Source: an uncultured Chloroflexia bacterium
Lineage (GTDB): Bacteria; Chloroflexota; Limnocylindria; Limnocylindrales; CSP1-4
Assembly (NCBI GenBank): GCA_963827965.1
Contig: CAWHCW010000018.1
Coordinates: forward strand, 188,198-252,197
Direction: 5' to 3'
DNA length: 64,000 bases
A program made the translations under genes and the position numbers. The notes below the pieces were generated by a model. The model saw only the letters and a program-made list of their open reading frames with translations, had not been told where the DNA came from and made no database searches. Below are positions 41,489 to 52,534 of this stretch, in pieces. Position 1 is the stretch's first letter; the number at the start of each line of letters is the position of its first letter.

Positions 41489-42830
41489 TCAGGCTCCCTC
41501 GCCGAAGCACTCGTGGAGCAGCGCATCCAGGCGCCGCTGGAGCACGGCGTACGAGAAGTGGCGGCGGGCGAGGTCGTAGTTCACCTCCGCCCAGGCCGCG
41601 GCGAGGTCCGGGTTCTCGATGAGGCGCCAGGCATCGTCGACCGTGGCAGCCCGGATGTAGCCGTCGAACTCGACCACGCGGAAGCCGTGAGGCTTGATGT
41701 CGAGCTCGTAGATCGAGTAGCGATTGACGACGAGCGGGCGCCGGAAGTAGACCGCCTCGAGGAACGCGTTGCCGAACCCCTCGATGCTGGACCCGTACGT
41801 GACGAGGTCCGCGTGGGGATAGATGTCGGCCAGGACGTACCGGCGGCGCCCGTCGGGCGTCGTCCCGCGCGTTGCGTTCACCTGGTGGGCCTCGAACCGC
41901 ACGTGGACGCCGAGGAGGCGCGCGTACTCCCGCACCCGCTGCTCGTACTCGTCGCCCTCGTCGCCGCTCGCGTGTGAGATGACGAGCGTGGCCGGGATGC
42001 CCAGGCGGCGCGTCAGCTCGATCGCGTGTTCGATCCCCTTGCGCTGGACGATCCGGGTCGGCTGCAGGATGAGGGCTTCCCCCGCTCCGACGCCCAGGTC
42101 GGCCCGCGCACCGCGGGCCCAGTCGTCGAGAGGCGGCGGCGGCGTCTCGAAGTCCATGACGTTGGGGATCACCCGTGCCACGAGGCCGGTCCGCGAGGCC
42201 AGCTGCTTGGCCTGGACGGAGTTGATGACCACGTGGCGGATGGACGGAAGCGGCGGCGGGAAGGCCGCGGCGATCAGATCGGCGACGCTGTTGGCGGCGA
42301 AGCGCTGGCGCTCCCAGGCGAAGTCGTGGTGGTGGGCGAGGACGGGGATCCCGGTCTCCGCCACGACCTCGGCGAGGGCAAGGCCGAGCGGCAGGTTGAG
42401 GGGGATGGCGAGCGCGTTCTCGACGACGAGCAGGTCGAGGTCGAAGTCGCGCAGGAAGTCGTAGAGGGCCCGCTTGAGCTCCACCTTCAGCTCGTCGATC
42501 CGGCGCGTCACGTGGGGCGGCCGGACGTACGGCGAGAAGAAGTCGCGGCGACGGACGAGCGGGTGCTCCGCGTCGGCGGCGGCGGTCACCTCGCGGCTCG
42601 CGGCGTACACCTCGTCGTTGATCGCGTCGATCTCGGGGTGGCGGTAGAACGCCTCCGGCACCACGCGGCTGCGCTCGCGGCGGCCGATCGAGCTCGCCGG
42701 CGAACCAGAAGCAGGTATGGCCGAGGCGCTCGAGCACCGTCTCCCACTTCGCGGCCTCGAGCGACACGCCATCGGTGCCGGCCAGGCGGGTGGAGACGAA
42801 GCCGATCCGGCGGGGCTGCTGCGGTGCCAT
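41489..42830 (-). CDS. glycosyltransferase (GT-B, GT4-like), unknown specificity; frame break near 42690
   Basis: [22 protein letters not shown] (ORF 41460..42869 frame), then ...[35 protein letters not shown] (ORF 41489..42907 frame). Confidence 0.65.
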
Positions 42831-42901
42831 GGCCCCACGGTACGCCGGGGCTCGGCGGCTGTCGACCACACGCTCGGGATCCGCGGGCGGCGGCGAGCGG
42901 C

Positions 42902-42907
42902 TACCAT
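42902..42907 (+). promoter_or_regulatory. -10-like hexamer TACCAT 8 nt upstream of GTG 42916 (leaderless candidate)
   Basis: TANNNT hexamer with no SD before the MFS start, in the divergent intergenic region shared with the GT gene. Confidence 0.25.
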
Positions 42908-42915
42908 CGGCCGTC

Positions 42916-44157
42916 GTGACCGAGACCGCGGGAGACCGCTCCTACCGCGCGCTCCTGCGTGTCCCCACGCTGGGGCGGGTCATCCTCTCGATGCAGATCG
43001 CGCGCACGGCGCAGTCGATGCTGGGCGTGGCGATCGTCCTCTTCACCCTCGCCGCCTACGACTCGCCCGGGCTGGCCGGGATCGTCACCTTCGCCTCGAT
43101 CTTCCCGGGACTCCTGGTCAGCCCGATCGCGGGCGCCCTCCTGGACCGCCACGGACGGGTTCGGCTGATCGTCGTCGACTACGCCGTCGCGCTCGCGTCG
43201 CTGACCCTCATCGGCGGGCTCGCCCTGGCCGGGCTCCTGCCGGCGTGGCTCCTCGTCGTGATCGCGCTGGTCTCGTCGGTGACCGGCATCTTCAGCCACA
43301 CGGGCCTGCGGAGCCTCTTCCCGATCCTCGTGCCGCGCCACCTCTGGGAGCGCGTGAACGCGCTCGATTCGAACGGCTACGTCGTCGCCACGATCCTGGG
43401 GCCGCCGCTGGCCGCCGGGCTGGTCGCCACCATCGGCGGTCCCGTCACGATCCTCGCCATCGCGGTCGCCTTCGGCGCGGCCGGTGCCGTGATGGTCCGC
43501 GTCCCCGAGCCCCACGTCGAGACGGTCACGACCGGGCGGCTCCTCGCCGACGCCTGGCAGGGGCTCATCTACTGGTGGCGCAACCGGACGCTCCGCGGGC
43601 TCGGCTTCTCCCTGTCGATCGTCAACCTCGCGAGCGGCATGACGACGATCGTGATCCCCCTCGCCGTGGTGAACGTCCTGGGTGCGGGCGAGGCGGTCGT
43701 CGGCCTCGTCTTCGCGATCGCCGGGGTGGCCGGGATGGTCTCCGTGCTCGTCTTCGGGCGCCTCGACACCCGCGGTCGCGAGTGGCCGATGATCGTGGTC
43801 CCGATCTTCCTCAGCGCCGGCGCCGTGGCCCTCATCCTGCCGGCCGTGGGCGCCGGCGGCGTCGAGGTCGGGCTGGGGGCCGGGCTCGTCTTCCTCGCCG
43901 CCCACTCGCTCGCGATCGGACTCCTCCAGGGGCCGCTGGACATCGCCCTCTTCACCGTCCGCCAGCGGCGCACCGATCCGGCCTGGATGGGGCGCGCCTT
44001 CGCGGTCTCCATGGCGGTCAACTTCATGGGGTTCCCCATCGGCGCGGCCGCGGCCGGGCTGATCGCGACGGTCTCGCTGCCCGCGGCGGTGGGGCTGGGG
44101 GTCGTCGCCTGCCTGGTCGGGGGCGTCCTCGCCGCGGTCATGATCCCCCGCCGCTGA
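42916..44157 (+). CDS. MFS transporter
   Basis: About 12 predicted hydrophobic segments and an LLDRHGR loop motif. Intact. Confidence 0.85.
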   Translation: MTETAGDRSYRALLRVPTLGRVILSMQIARTAQSMLGVAIVLFTLAAYDSPGLAGIVTFASIFPGLLVSPIAGALLDRHGRVRLIVVDYAVALASLTLIGGLALAGLLPAWLLVVIALVSSVTGIFSHTGLRSLFPILVPRHLWERVNALDSNGYVVATILGPPLAAGLVATIGGPVTILAIAVAFGAAGAVMVRVPEPHVETVTTGRLLADAWQGLIYWWRNRTLRGLGFSLSIVNLASGMTTIVIPLAVVNVLGAGEAVVGLVFAIAGVAGMVSVLVFGRLDTRGREWPMIVVPIFLSAGAVALILPAVGAGGVEVGLGAGLVFLAAHSLAIGLLQGPLDIALFTVRQRRTDPAWMGRAFAVSMAVNFMGFPIGAAAAGLIATVSLPAAVGLGVVACLVGGVLAAVMIPRR

Positions 44158-44213
44158 TCCCGTTGGGCCCAGACCGCGCCGGCCGCTGCCGGACGACGAC
44201 GCCCGTCGTCGCG

Positions 44214-44219
44214 TACGCT
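44214..44219 (+). promoter_or_regulatory. -10-like hexamer TACGCT 6 nt upstream of ATG 44226 (leaderless candidate)
   Basis: TANNNT hexamer with no SD. Confidence 0.25.
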
Positions 44220-44225
44220 CTCGCC

Positions 44226-45092
44226 ATGCATGACGATCTGGGCGAGATCCTCTGCCCGACCTGCGCGAGCTACGGTCATCCGTTCCTCGAAGCCTGCCCC
44301 GTCTGCGGCGCGCAGCGCGAATCCCGCTACGCGGCCGCGATGACGGCGCCCGACCAGGGGTTCGCCGCCCTGCCGCTCGACCCGCGCGTCGCGCGGGAAG
44401 TGACCGAGGTCGTCCTGCGCTACACCCTCACGCGCGGCGCGGGGTCGCCGACCGCGGACTTCCACGAGGGGCTCGCCACCGTGGCCGGCGCCCTCGCCTA
44501 CCGCCTCCGCGTCGCCGGGGACCCCGCGGCGGGCTCCGATCGCGGCCTCCTGGAGATCGGCGAGATGGACCTCGTCGTCAGGGAGCGCCCGGCCCGCGAG
44601 CGGGTCCGCGTCCCGCTGGACGCCATCCTGGCAGTGAGCCCGGCGGCCCGCGGCCGACGGGCGGACGCGTGGTCGGGCCTCGCCTTCGAGGACCGCCGCG
44701 AGCAGACGTCGCCGCCCCGGCTCGATGGCGACCTGGTCATCGCCCACGCGACTCCGACCGGGCTCGTCCGGATCGCGCTGGCCAACCCACCGGGAATCCT
44801 GGCCGCGCGGGCGAGGCCGGATCACTACGCGATCCTGGCCCGCTGGATCGGGATCGCCGCCGCGGCCGCGGCGGAGCGCCGATGGACGGCGGTCGGGCCG
44901 CGGCGCCATGCGCACGAGCTCGGGCTCGCGAGCGCGCCGCCCGGCGGCTGGCCGGCCCCGGCGGCGGATGCGGCTGCGGATCCGCCATCGGTTGCGGATG
45001 CGCTGCGGCTGCTCGAGGAGCTTCGCGCGGCCGGACTCGTGTCGGACGGCGAGTACGCCGCCAAGCGTCGCGAGATCCTCGACCGAATCTGA
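44226..45092 (+). CDS. hypothetical protein with N-terminal CxxC..CxxC zinc ribbon and C-terminal SHOCT-like motif
   Basis: CPTCASYGHPFLEACPVCG at the N-terminus and LLEELRAAGLVSDGEYAAKRREIL at the C-terminus. Intact 288 aa. Confidence 0.55.
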   Translation: MHDDLGEILCPTCASYGHPFLEACPVCGAQRESRYAAAMTAPDQGFAALPLDPRVAREVTEVVLRYTLTRGAGSPTADFHEGLATVAGALAYRLRVAGDPAAGSDRGLLEIGEMDLVVRERPARERVRVPLDAILAVSPAARGRRADAWSGLAFEDRREQTSPPRLDGDLVIAHATPTGLVRIALANPPGILAARARPDHYAILARWIGIAAAAAAERRWTAVGPRRHAHELGLASAPPGGWPAPAADAAADPPSVADALRLLEELRAAGLVSDGEYAAKRREILDRI

Positions 45093-45120
45093 GACCGGCG
45101 CGCCGCCGGAGGGGGGACGG

Positions 45121-46479
45121 ATGGACAGCTTCGACTTCATGATCATCGGCGCGGGGGCGGCCGGCGAGGCTGCCGCGTTCGGCGCCCTCGCCAGGGGAGC
45201 GAGCGTCGCGATCGTCGACCGGGACCTCTTCGGCGGTTCCTGCCCGTTCTGGGCCTGCCTGCCGTCGAAGACGCTCCTCCACGCAGCGGGGATTCACGCG
45301 CTCGGCGGAGACTATCCGTGGGCCCGGGCCGCCGCGCGGCGCGACTGGATGATCAACCGCGAGGGGATCCCCTACCCCGACGATGCCGGCCACGTCGCCC
45401 GGCTGGCCGAGGCAGGCGCCGAGGTGGTCCGCGGCGACGCGCGCGTGGTCGGGCGCGGCGCGCTCCGGGTGCGGCTCGCCGGGGGCGGCGAGCGCGAGCT
45501 GCGCGGGCGCTTCCTCGTGGTGGCCGTCGGGACGCGCGGCGCGGTCCCGGACCTCCCGGGCCTGGACGCCGTGACGGCGTGGTCGAACCGCGAGGCGACG
45601 GGCGCGCGCGACCTGCCGCGCAGCCTCGTGGTCCTGGGGTCCGGCCCGAGCGGCCTCGAGCTCGCCCAGGTCTACGCCCGCTACGGCGTGCCGACGGCGA
45701 TCGTCGCCCGTCGCCGCCTCAACGCGAAGGATCATCCGCGCAACAGCGCAGCTCTCGCGGCAGGACTGGCGAAGGACGGCGTCGACGTCCGGCTGGGGGT
45801 CGAGCCGGTGGCCGTGGAGGCTGGCGCGGGACCCGCGGGCGCCCATCGCGTCCGGCTCTCCGACGGCAGCCACGTGGCGGGTGCCGAGATCCTCCTGGCC
45901 GTCGGCCGGGTCGCCCCGCTCGACGGCCTCGGGCTCGAGACGATCGGCGTGACGCTCCGCGAGGGACGGGCGCGGCCGGACGACCGGCTCCGCATCGCGG
46001 AGGACGTCTTCGTCGCGGGTGACGCGGCGGGCCCCGAGATGCACACCCACCTGGCCCATTACCAGGGCGAGATGGCGGTCAGGATGGCGCTCGGCGACGA
46101 TGTCCGGCCCGACTTCCGGGCGATCCCCCGGGCGACCTACACCGACCCGGAGACCGCCGGCGTGGGGCTGACCGGCGATGAGGCACGGCGGGCCGGCCTC
46201 GACGCGTTCGAGGAGACGACCGACCTCGCGACCAGTGCCAAGGGCTACGTCACGGATGCCGCCGGCCACTGCACGGTCGTCGTCGACCGCGGGTCGCGGA
46301 CCGTCGTGGGCGCGTTCATCGCCGGGCCCGGCGCGTCGGAGGCCATCCACCTCGCGGTCCTGGCCGTCAAGACGCGCACCCCGCTCGCCGTGCTGGCCGA
46401 CACGATCACGGCGTTCCCGACCACCAGCCGAGTCCTGGGGACCACGTTCACGGCCGCGCTCGCCACCCTGGGGGAGTGA
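45121..46479 (+). CDS. class I pyridine nucleotide-disulfide oxidoreductase (Lpd/MerA-like flavoprotein)
   Basis: IIGAGAAGEAAA, redox CxxxxC (GGSCPFWACLPSK), VLGSGPSGLELA, and a dimerisation domain with AFPTTS in place of the Lpd HPT..E motif. Intact. Confidence 0.75.
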   Translation: MDSFDFMIIGAGAAGEAAAFGALARGASVAIVDRDLFGGSCPFWACLPSKTLLHAAGIHALGGDYPWARAAARRDWMINREGIPYPDDAGHVARLAEAGAEVVRGDARVVGRGALRVRLAGGGERELRGRFLVVAVGTRGAVPDLPGLDAVTAWSNREATGARDLPRSLVVLGSGPSGLELAQVYARYGVPTAIVARRRLNAKDHPRNSAALAAGLAKDGVDVRLGVEPVAVEAGAGPAGAHRVRLSDGSHVAGAEILLAVGRVAPLDGLGLETIGVTLREGRARPDDRLRIAEDVFVAGDAAGPEMHTHLAHYQGEMAVRMALGDDVRPDFRAIPRATYTDPETAGVGLTGDEARRAGLDAFEETTDLATSAKGYVTDAAGHCTVVVDRGSRTVVGAFIAGPGASEAIHLAVLAVKTRTPLAVLADTITAFPTTSRVLGTTFTAALATLGE

Positions 46480-46548
46480 CCGGGAACGGGAAGGCGCCAA
46501 CGCCGGCCCCAAGCGCCCGCGCCAGCGCCCCGGCGCCGGCGCGACACC

Positions 46549-47607
46549 TCACGCGGCGGCGTCGTCCTCGGGGCGGCGGGGGCGCCCGGCGACGGCCGCG
46601 CCGGCGAGGAGGATCACCAGGACCGCGACGGTGAAGGCGGCGACGGTGGCCGGCGTCCCTTCCCGGCGGGCCCAGGCGGCGTCCCGCGCCGGAGGCGATG
46701 GGTCCGCGCTCGGGGCGGGCCGGGCGGGTGGCGGCGCATCGCCCCCCTCGAGCGGCGCGACGGCATGGCCGCCCGCCGTCACCACCGCGACGGGCCCACC
46801 GGTCGGCGGGTGGCCGCCGTCCTTGCCCCCGCGATCGACGGACCGGGATGGCGCGGAGGGGTCGGCCGGGGGTGGGGTGCCGACGCGCGGCACGCCCAGC
46901 ATCTCGGGCAGGGTCACGAACCGGAACCCGCGGGCCCGGTAGCGGGCGATGATCGCCGGCAGCGCCCGCGGTGTCACCCGCGGTCCCGCGTGGAGCAGGA
47001 CGATGGAGCCCGGCCGCCCGGCGGTGGCGTTCCGGACCACGCCGCCAACCGTCTGGCGCGCCACCGTGTCGGCGGCCGTCGTGTCCCACAGGACGACATA
47101 GGGGAAGCCCGCGGCGGCCGCCAGCCGATCCGTGGCCGCGTTCCGCGCCCCGTACGGCGGCCGGTAGTAGGGGAGCATCGCCCGCCCCGTCGCCCCTTCC
47201 ACGATCTCGCGGGTCCGGGCGAGGTCCCTGGCCACCGCGCCCGGCGCGAGGTCGCGGGTGTCGCGGTGGAGGTACGAGTGGTTGGCCAGCGGGAAGCCGG
47301 CGGCCGCGATCTGGCGCCACAGCGCCGGCGCTCGCTGGACGTAGATGGCCGTGACGAAGAAGGTCGCCGGCACGCGCTCGCGGACGAGGATCCGGTAGAT
47401 CTGGCGCAGGGTGGCGGGGCTCCAGCCATCGTCGAACGTGAGGGCCACGACGCGGGCCGTGCGCGGACCGTGGCGGATCACCGTCGGCGCCGGGACGGTC
47501 GCGGCCGGGTCGGCGGCGCGCGCGGGCGTCGCCCAGCCCGCGGCCCCCGCGAGCGGCGCCGTCGCCGGGACGACCAGCGGCCGCCAGGACGGCCGCCAGG
47601 ACCGCAT
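46549..47607 (-). CDS. polysaccharide deacetylase (NodB homology) with Pro/Ala-rich linker and C-terminal membrane anchor
   Basis: ALTFDDGW, NHSYLH and LLHAG, with a C-terminal TVAAFTVAVLVILLAGAAV segment. A better signal peptide (MIARPSLRHAVLAAVLAA) starts at 47632 in another frame, so there may be a frame break near 47575. Confidence 0.75.
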   Translation of the reverse strand: MRSWRPSWRPLVVPATAPLAGAAGWATPARAADPAATVPAPTVIRHGPRTARVVALTFDDGWSPATLRQIYRILVRERVPATFFVTAIYVQRAPALWRQIAAAGFPLANHSYLHRDTRDLAPGAVARDLARTREIVEGATGRAMLPYYRPPYGARNAATDRLAAAAGFPYVVLWDTTAADTVARQTVGGVVRNATAGRPGSIVLLHAGPRVTPRALPAIIARYRARGFRFVTLPEMLGVPRVGTPPPADPSAPSRSVDRGGKDGGHPPTGGPVAVVTAGGHAVAPLEGGDAPPPARPAPSADPSPPARDAAWARREGTPATVAAFTVAVLVILLAGAAVAGRPRRPEDDAAA

Positions 47608-47628
47608 GCCGCAGGGACGGGCGGGCGA

Positions 47629-48364
47629 TCATCGCGGCGCCCCCGGCGGGTCGTCGAGGATCCGCCAGCCGCGCGCGATCGCCAGGGGCCGGAGATCTCG
47701 ATCGGGCGCCACCGCGACCGCCTCGACGGCGAGGTCGAGCAGCGGGGCGTCCGCCAGGGAGTCGCCGTACGCCGCCAGGAGCGGGGCGCCGGCCGCCAGC
47801 GCCGCCACGCGGTCCGCCTTGAGCGACCCGGTGCCGACCCGTCCGGCGAGGCGACCCGTCGTGCGCCCGTCGGCCATCTCGAGCGGCGTCCCGAGGCCCA
47901 CCACCGGGCCGGCCGGTCCGGCCGCCAGGCGCGCCACGAACGCGGCGAGGACGGGCTCGTACGTGCCCGACGCGATCACCACCCGGGCCCCGCTCGCGGC
48001 GGTCGCCTCCAGCGCGTCGAGAACCAGCGGGCGACGCCTGGGCCAGAGCTCGTCGTCCACGACCCGGGCTGCCATGGCCTCGAGCTCATCCGGCGGTGAG
48101 CCCGTCGAGCAGGCGGGCAAGGTCGCGGATCCAGCGATCGCGGAACGCCTGGCGCGAGACCACCCCCAGGCGCACGAGGGGGAGGGCCGCCAGGCGGGGA
48201 GCCAGGAAGCGACGGTAGCGGCCGCGTCGTCCATGGTCGACCAGCCAGCGCCCGACCCCTCGCCAGGTCTCGCCGCTGGTGCAGGTCCCCTCGAGGTCCG
48301 CGGCGACGAGCGGCGCCGCGAGCGGCGCAGGAGCGGACGGGTCGCCGGGGATCCGGGGTGCCAC
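47629..48364 (-). CDS. HAD-IB-like hydrolase; frame break near 48090
   Basis: VAADLEGT (HAD motif I-like), IASGTYEP and YGDSLADAPLL. The stop overlaps the 47632 ATG (ATGA). Confidence 0.5.
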
Positions 48365-48494
48365 ACCGGAAGGATACGGCGGCGCCCGGCAGCCGGCGAG
48401 GCGGCAAGTGGCCGGGCCCGGGCCAGGGCGCCGCCGCGATCGGCGAGGAGGCCCCGATGGGCGCCGGCCGGGCGAACCGGTGGCGCGAAGGAAA

Positions 48495-48532
48495 GACGCG
48501 AGGGGGCTCCGTCGCCGGAGCCCCCTCGCGTC
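48495..48532 (-). terminator. intrinsic terminator of ppdK
   Basis: Perfect 16-bp stem GACGCGAGGGGGCTCC / GGAGCCCCCTCGCGTC with a 6-nt loop, 40 nt downstream of the ppdK stop, followed on the minus strand by TTTCCTT. Confidence 0.65.
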
Positions 48533-48571
48533 ACTGGGGCGTGGTGAGGGCGCCCGCCGGGCGCCGGGGTG

Positions 48572-51347
48572 CTACTTGTCGCGGAAGGCGCCGTCGGACA
48601 TCGCTGCCTGGGCCGCCGCGAGCCGCGCCACCGGGACGCGGAACGGCGAGCAGGAGACGTAGTTGAGGCCGATCTTCTCGCAGTGGTGGATCGACGCGGG
48701 GTCGCCGCCGTGCTCGCCGCAGATGCCGATCTTGAGGTTCGGGCGCGCGGAGCGGCCCTTGTCGACCGCCATCCGCATCTCGTCGACGATCACGTCGTCG
48801 AGGGTCTGGAACGGGTTCTCCGGGAGGATGCCGTCCTCGACGTACTTGAGGAGGAAGCCGCCCTCGGCGTCGTCGCGGCTGTAGCCGAAGGTCATCTGGG
48901 TGAGGTCGTTGGTGCCGAAGCTGAAGAACTCGGCGTGCTCGGCGATCTGGTCCGCGACCCACACGGCCCGCGGGATCTCGATCATGGTCCCGAACTTGAA
49001 GTCGATCGCCTCGCCGGCCTTGGCGACGACGGCCTCCGCCTCGGCGTCGAGGAGGGCCCGCGTCGCGATCAGCTCGTTCACGTGGCCGACGAGCGGGATC
49101 ATGATCTCCGGGCGCGGATCCTTGCCGGCACGCTTCACCGCCACCGCGGCGTTGAGGATCGCCCGGGTCTGGATCTTCACGAAGTCCGGGATCATCAGCC
49201 CGAGGCGGCAGCCGCGGAGGCCCAGCATCGGGTTCTGCTCGTGCATCGACTTGATGGTCGCCAGGAGCTCCTTGTCCTCGTCGGTCGCGGCGTCGCCGGC
49301 CCTGGTGACCTTGACGAGCTGGTCCTCCAGGTTCGGGAGGAACTCGTGGAGCGGCGGGTCGATGAGGCGGATGACGACGGGCAGGCCGCTCATCGCGGCG
49401 AGGATCCCCTCGAAGTCGCCCTGCTGGAGCACCTCGAGCTTGCCCATCGCCGCGTCGAACTGGGCCACCGCGGCCCGCTCGTCGGCGCTGAGCTCCTCCT
49501 GCGCGGCGACCTTCGCCTTGGCCCTGGTCGCCGCGTTGGCGACCAGGATCGCGCCGCGGACGATCTCGAGGCGCTCGCCCTCGCGGAACATGTGCTCGGT
49601 GCGGCAGAGGCCGATCCCCTGGGCGCCGTAGCTGCGAGCCTGGGCGGCCTCCTCCGGCTTGTCGGCGTTGGTCCAGATCTGGAGCCGCCGCACCTCGTCG
49701 GCCCAGCCCAGGATCGTCTGGAGCTCGGGCTGGTCCTCGAAGCGGGCGGAGACGGTGGGAAGGGCCCCCAGGAAGACCTCGCCGGTCGCGCCGTCGAGGC
49801 TGATCCAGTCGCCCTCGGCGAACCCGATGTCGGAGACGGTGGACTTCGCCGTCTTCGTGCCGTAGTCGACGACCAGCTCGGCGCAGCCGGCGACGCAGGG
49901 CTTGCCGATCTGGCGCGCGACGACGGCAGCGTGGCTGGTGGCGCCACCGCGGGCCGTCAGGATGCCCTGCGCGACGGCCATGCCGTGGAAGTCGTCGGGG
50001 GAGGTCTCGACCCGGACCAGGACGACCGTCTCGCCACGGGCGACCCATTCGACGGCCACGTCGGCGTTGAAGACGGCCCGCCCGACGGCCGCGCCGGGGG
50101 ACGCGTTGAGGCCGGCGGCGATCCTGCGGGCCGCCCTGCGGGCCGCCGGCTCGAACTGGTCGCGCAGGAGCTGGTCGACCTGGGCCGGCTCGATCCGCCC
50201 GATGGCCTCGCGCTTGTCGATGAGGCCCTCCTCGACCATGTCGACGGCGATCTTCACGGCGGCCGCGGCGGTGCGCTTCGCCGAGCGCGTCTGGAGCATG
50301 TAGAGCTTGCCGCGCTCGATCGTGAACTCGAGGTCCTGGACGTCCTGTAGTGGCGCTCCAGCTGGCTGGCCGATCGCCTGGAACTCCGCGTACGACGGCG
50401 GGCATCTCCTCGGCGAGGTGGCTGATCTTGGCGGGAGTCCGGATGCCGGCGACGACGTCCTCGCCCTGGGCGTTGACGAGGTACTCGCCGTAGAGGACGC
50501 TCTCGCCGGTGTTCGGGTCGCGGGTGAACGCGACGCCGGTGCCGGAGTCGTCGCCCATGTTGCCGTAGACCATCGTCACGACGTTGACGGCGGTGCCGAG
50601 GTCGTGGGCGATCTTCTGGCTGTTGCGGTAGTCGTTGGCGCGCTTGCCGAACCACGAGGCGAAGACCGCCTTGATGGCCAGGTCGAGCTGCTCGGTCGGC
50701 TCGGTCGGGAAGTCGCGGCCGGCGTCCTCGCGGACGACCGCCTTGAACTCGGCGACCAGCGCCTTGAGGTCGTCGACCGTCAGGTCGGTGTCCTTCGCGC
50801 CGTGGCCGTGGGCCTCCTTGGCGGCCTCGAGCGGCTCGTCGAAGCGCTCGGCGCGCACGCCGAGGACGATCCGCCCGAACATCGCGACGAAGCGGCGGTA
50901 GGCATCCCAGCCGAAGCGCTCGTTGCCGGTGAGGGCGATCAGCCCCGCCAGCGTCTCCTCGTTGAGGCCGAGGTTGAGGACGGTGTCCATCATCCCCGGC
51001 ATCGAGAACTTGGCGCCGGAGCGGACCGAGACCAGGAGCGGGTTGGCGGCGTCACCGAAGCCCTTGCCGGTCTGCTGCTCGACGTCCTTCACGGCCGCGA
51101 GGACGTCCTCCCAGAGGCCCGCCGGGAGCGTCTTGCCGGCCTCGAAGTAGTCGTTGCAGGCCTCGGTGGTGATGGTGAAGCCCGGCGGCGTCGGGAGCCC
51201 GGCGTTCGTCATCTCGGCGAGGCCGGCGCCCTTGCCGCCGAGGAGGTCCTTCATGGACCCGTTGCCTTCCGCCCGGCCGTCTCCCCAGGCGTAGATGTAG
51301 CGCTTGGCAGCCGCGTGGGCGCGCGTGGTCGGAACGGCGTCGGGCAT
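48572..51347 (-). CDS. ppdK: pyruvate, phosphate dikinase; three frame changes clustered at about 50330-50400
   Basis: LLGGKGAGLAEM, GMMDTVLNLG, TRDPNTGE, YMLQTRSAKR, TARGGATSHAAVVAR, GLCRTEHMF and ICGEHGGDP. AGGAGA SD before ATG 51347. Confidence 0.9.
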
Positions 51348-51579
51348 GAGCTGGGTTCTCCTGTGTGCTTGGCGGCGGGGCATGTCGTCGCCCCGCGATC
51401 GGTCCGCTTGCGTCGGGAGGAATTGTACCGGCCGAGCGCGGCGGCGGGCCGGGACCGGTCGGCCCGCTCTCGGGGGCCGGAGCGCCCGCCCGCCCTGCCG
51501 CGCGGACGGCGACGCGGGGCTACACTCGGGACGGCAGCGCGCCCGCGCGGGCGGCCGCAGGCAGGAGATCCCATCCCCC

Positions 51580-52403
51580 ATGACCCATCACGTCGAGGAC
51601 ACCCGCGTCATCGCCGTTGACGCCCCCCAGTACAACGCCACCCTGGTGAAGCGGGTCGACCACACGGAGGACCTGGCCTCCGTCTGGGTCAGGTTCGACG
51701 ACGAGCCGGTCGCCTTCGAGCCGGGGCAGTACATGACGATCGGGGTCTTCGCCGACGAGAAGCTCTGGCAGCGGCCGTATTCGGTGGCGTCGGCGCCGTC
51801 CGTCGCGGGCACCGAGGGCTACGAGTTCTACGTCCGCCTGGTCCCCGTCATCCGCTTCACGACGCTGCTCTGGCGCCTCCAGCCGGGGGCCCGGATGCGG
51901 ATGATCGGCCCGAAGGGCAAGTTCATGCTCGAGCCGGACGACCGGCGCACCCACCTGTACGTCTCGACCGGGACCGGCCTCGCGCCGTTCATGGCGATGA
52001 TCCGGCAGACGCGGGCCGAGGGACGGCCGCGCCGGACCGTCGTGCTCCACGGCGTCTCCCGCGCCTCGGATCTCGGCTACCGCGACGAGCTCGAGGCCCT
52101 GGAGCGCGAGGGGTCCTATCCCGTCCGCTACGTCCCCACGATCTCGCGGCCCGACGACCCGCGCAACGCCGGCTGGACGGGCCGCACCGGCCGCGTGGAG
52201 CAGGTCGTCGCGCGACGTCTGCCACGACCTCGGCCTCCGGGCCGGACCGGACCGTCGTCTACATCTGCGGCAACCCGGAGATGATCCTCAACGTGGAGCG
52301 GGTCCTCATGAGCCGCAACTTCCCCGAGTTCCACGTCAAGAAGGAGCTCTACTGGCCAAAGGGGAAGAGCCCGGCCGCCGCGGCGGCGGCCACGGGCGGC
52401 TGA
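51580..52403 (+). CDS. ferredoxin--NADP(+) reductase (FNR/Fpr type); frame breaks near 52210 and 52245
   Basis: RPYSVAS (FAD-binding RxYS), YVSTGTGLAPF, and the C-terminal YICGNPEM...HVKKELYW recovered in the other frames. CAGGAGA SD. Confidence 0.7.
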
Positions 52404-52534
52404 CCCGGGGCCAGCGAGCGCCTGTCGCCCGGAAAGGTGCCATTCGGCCCATCGAACATATGCGCGCTGGCGCATGGGTTGCGCACGCGCGTCGCGCACG
52501 ATCTACCCTGACCGCACCGCGTCCTGGAGTTGCC

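Noticed and set aside
45121-46479. The Lpd-like flavoprotein as the E3 partner of the E1/E2 cluster at 6.9-10.6 kb.
   Set aside because: It lies 35 kb away in an unrelated context and lacks the HPT..E active-site dyad (it reads AFPTTS).
52404-52534. GC palindromes (ATGCGCgctgGCGCAT, ACGCGCGT) upstream of the nfn-like gene as an operator.
   Set aside because: Short CG-rich palindromes are expected by chance at this base composition. There is no second copy or match to a known regulator motif (for example no Rex-box-like TTGTGA..TCACAA).
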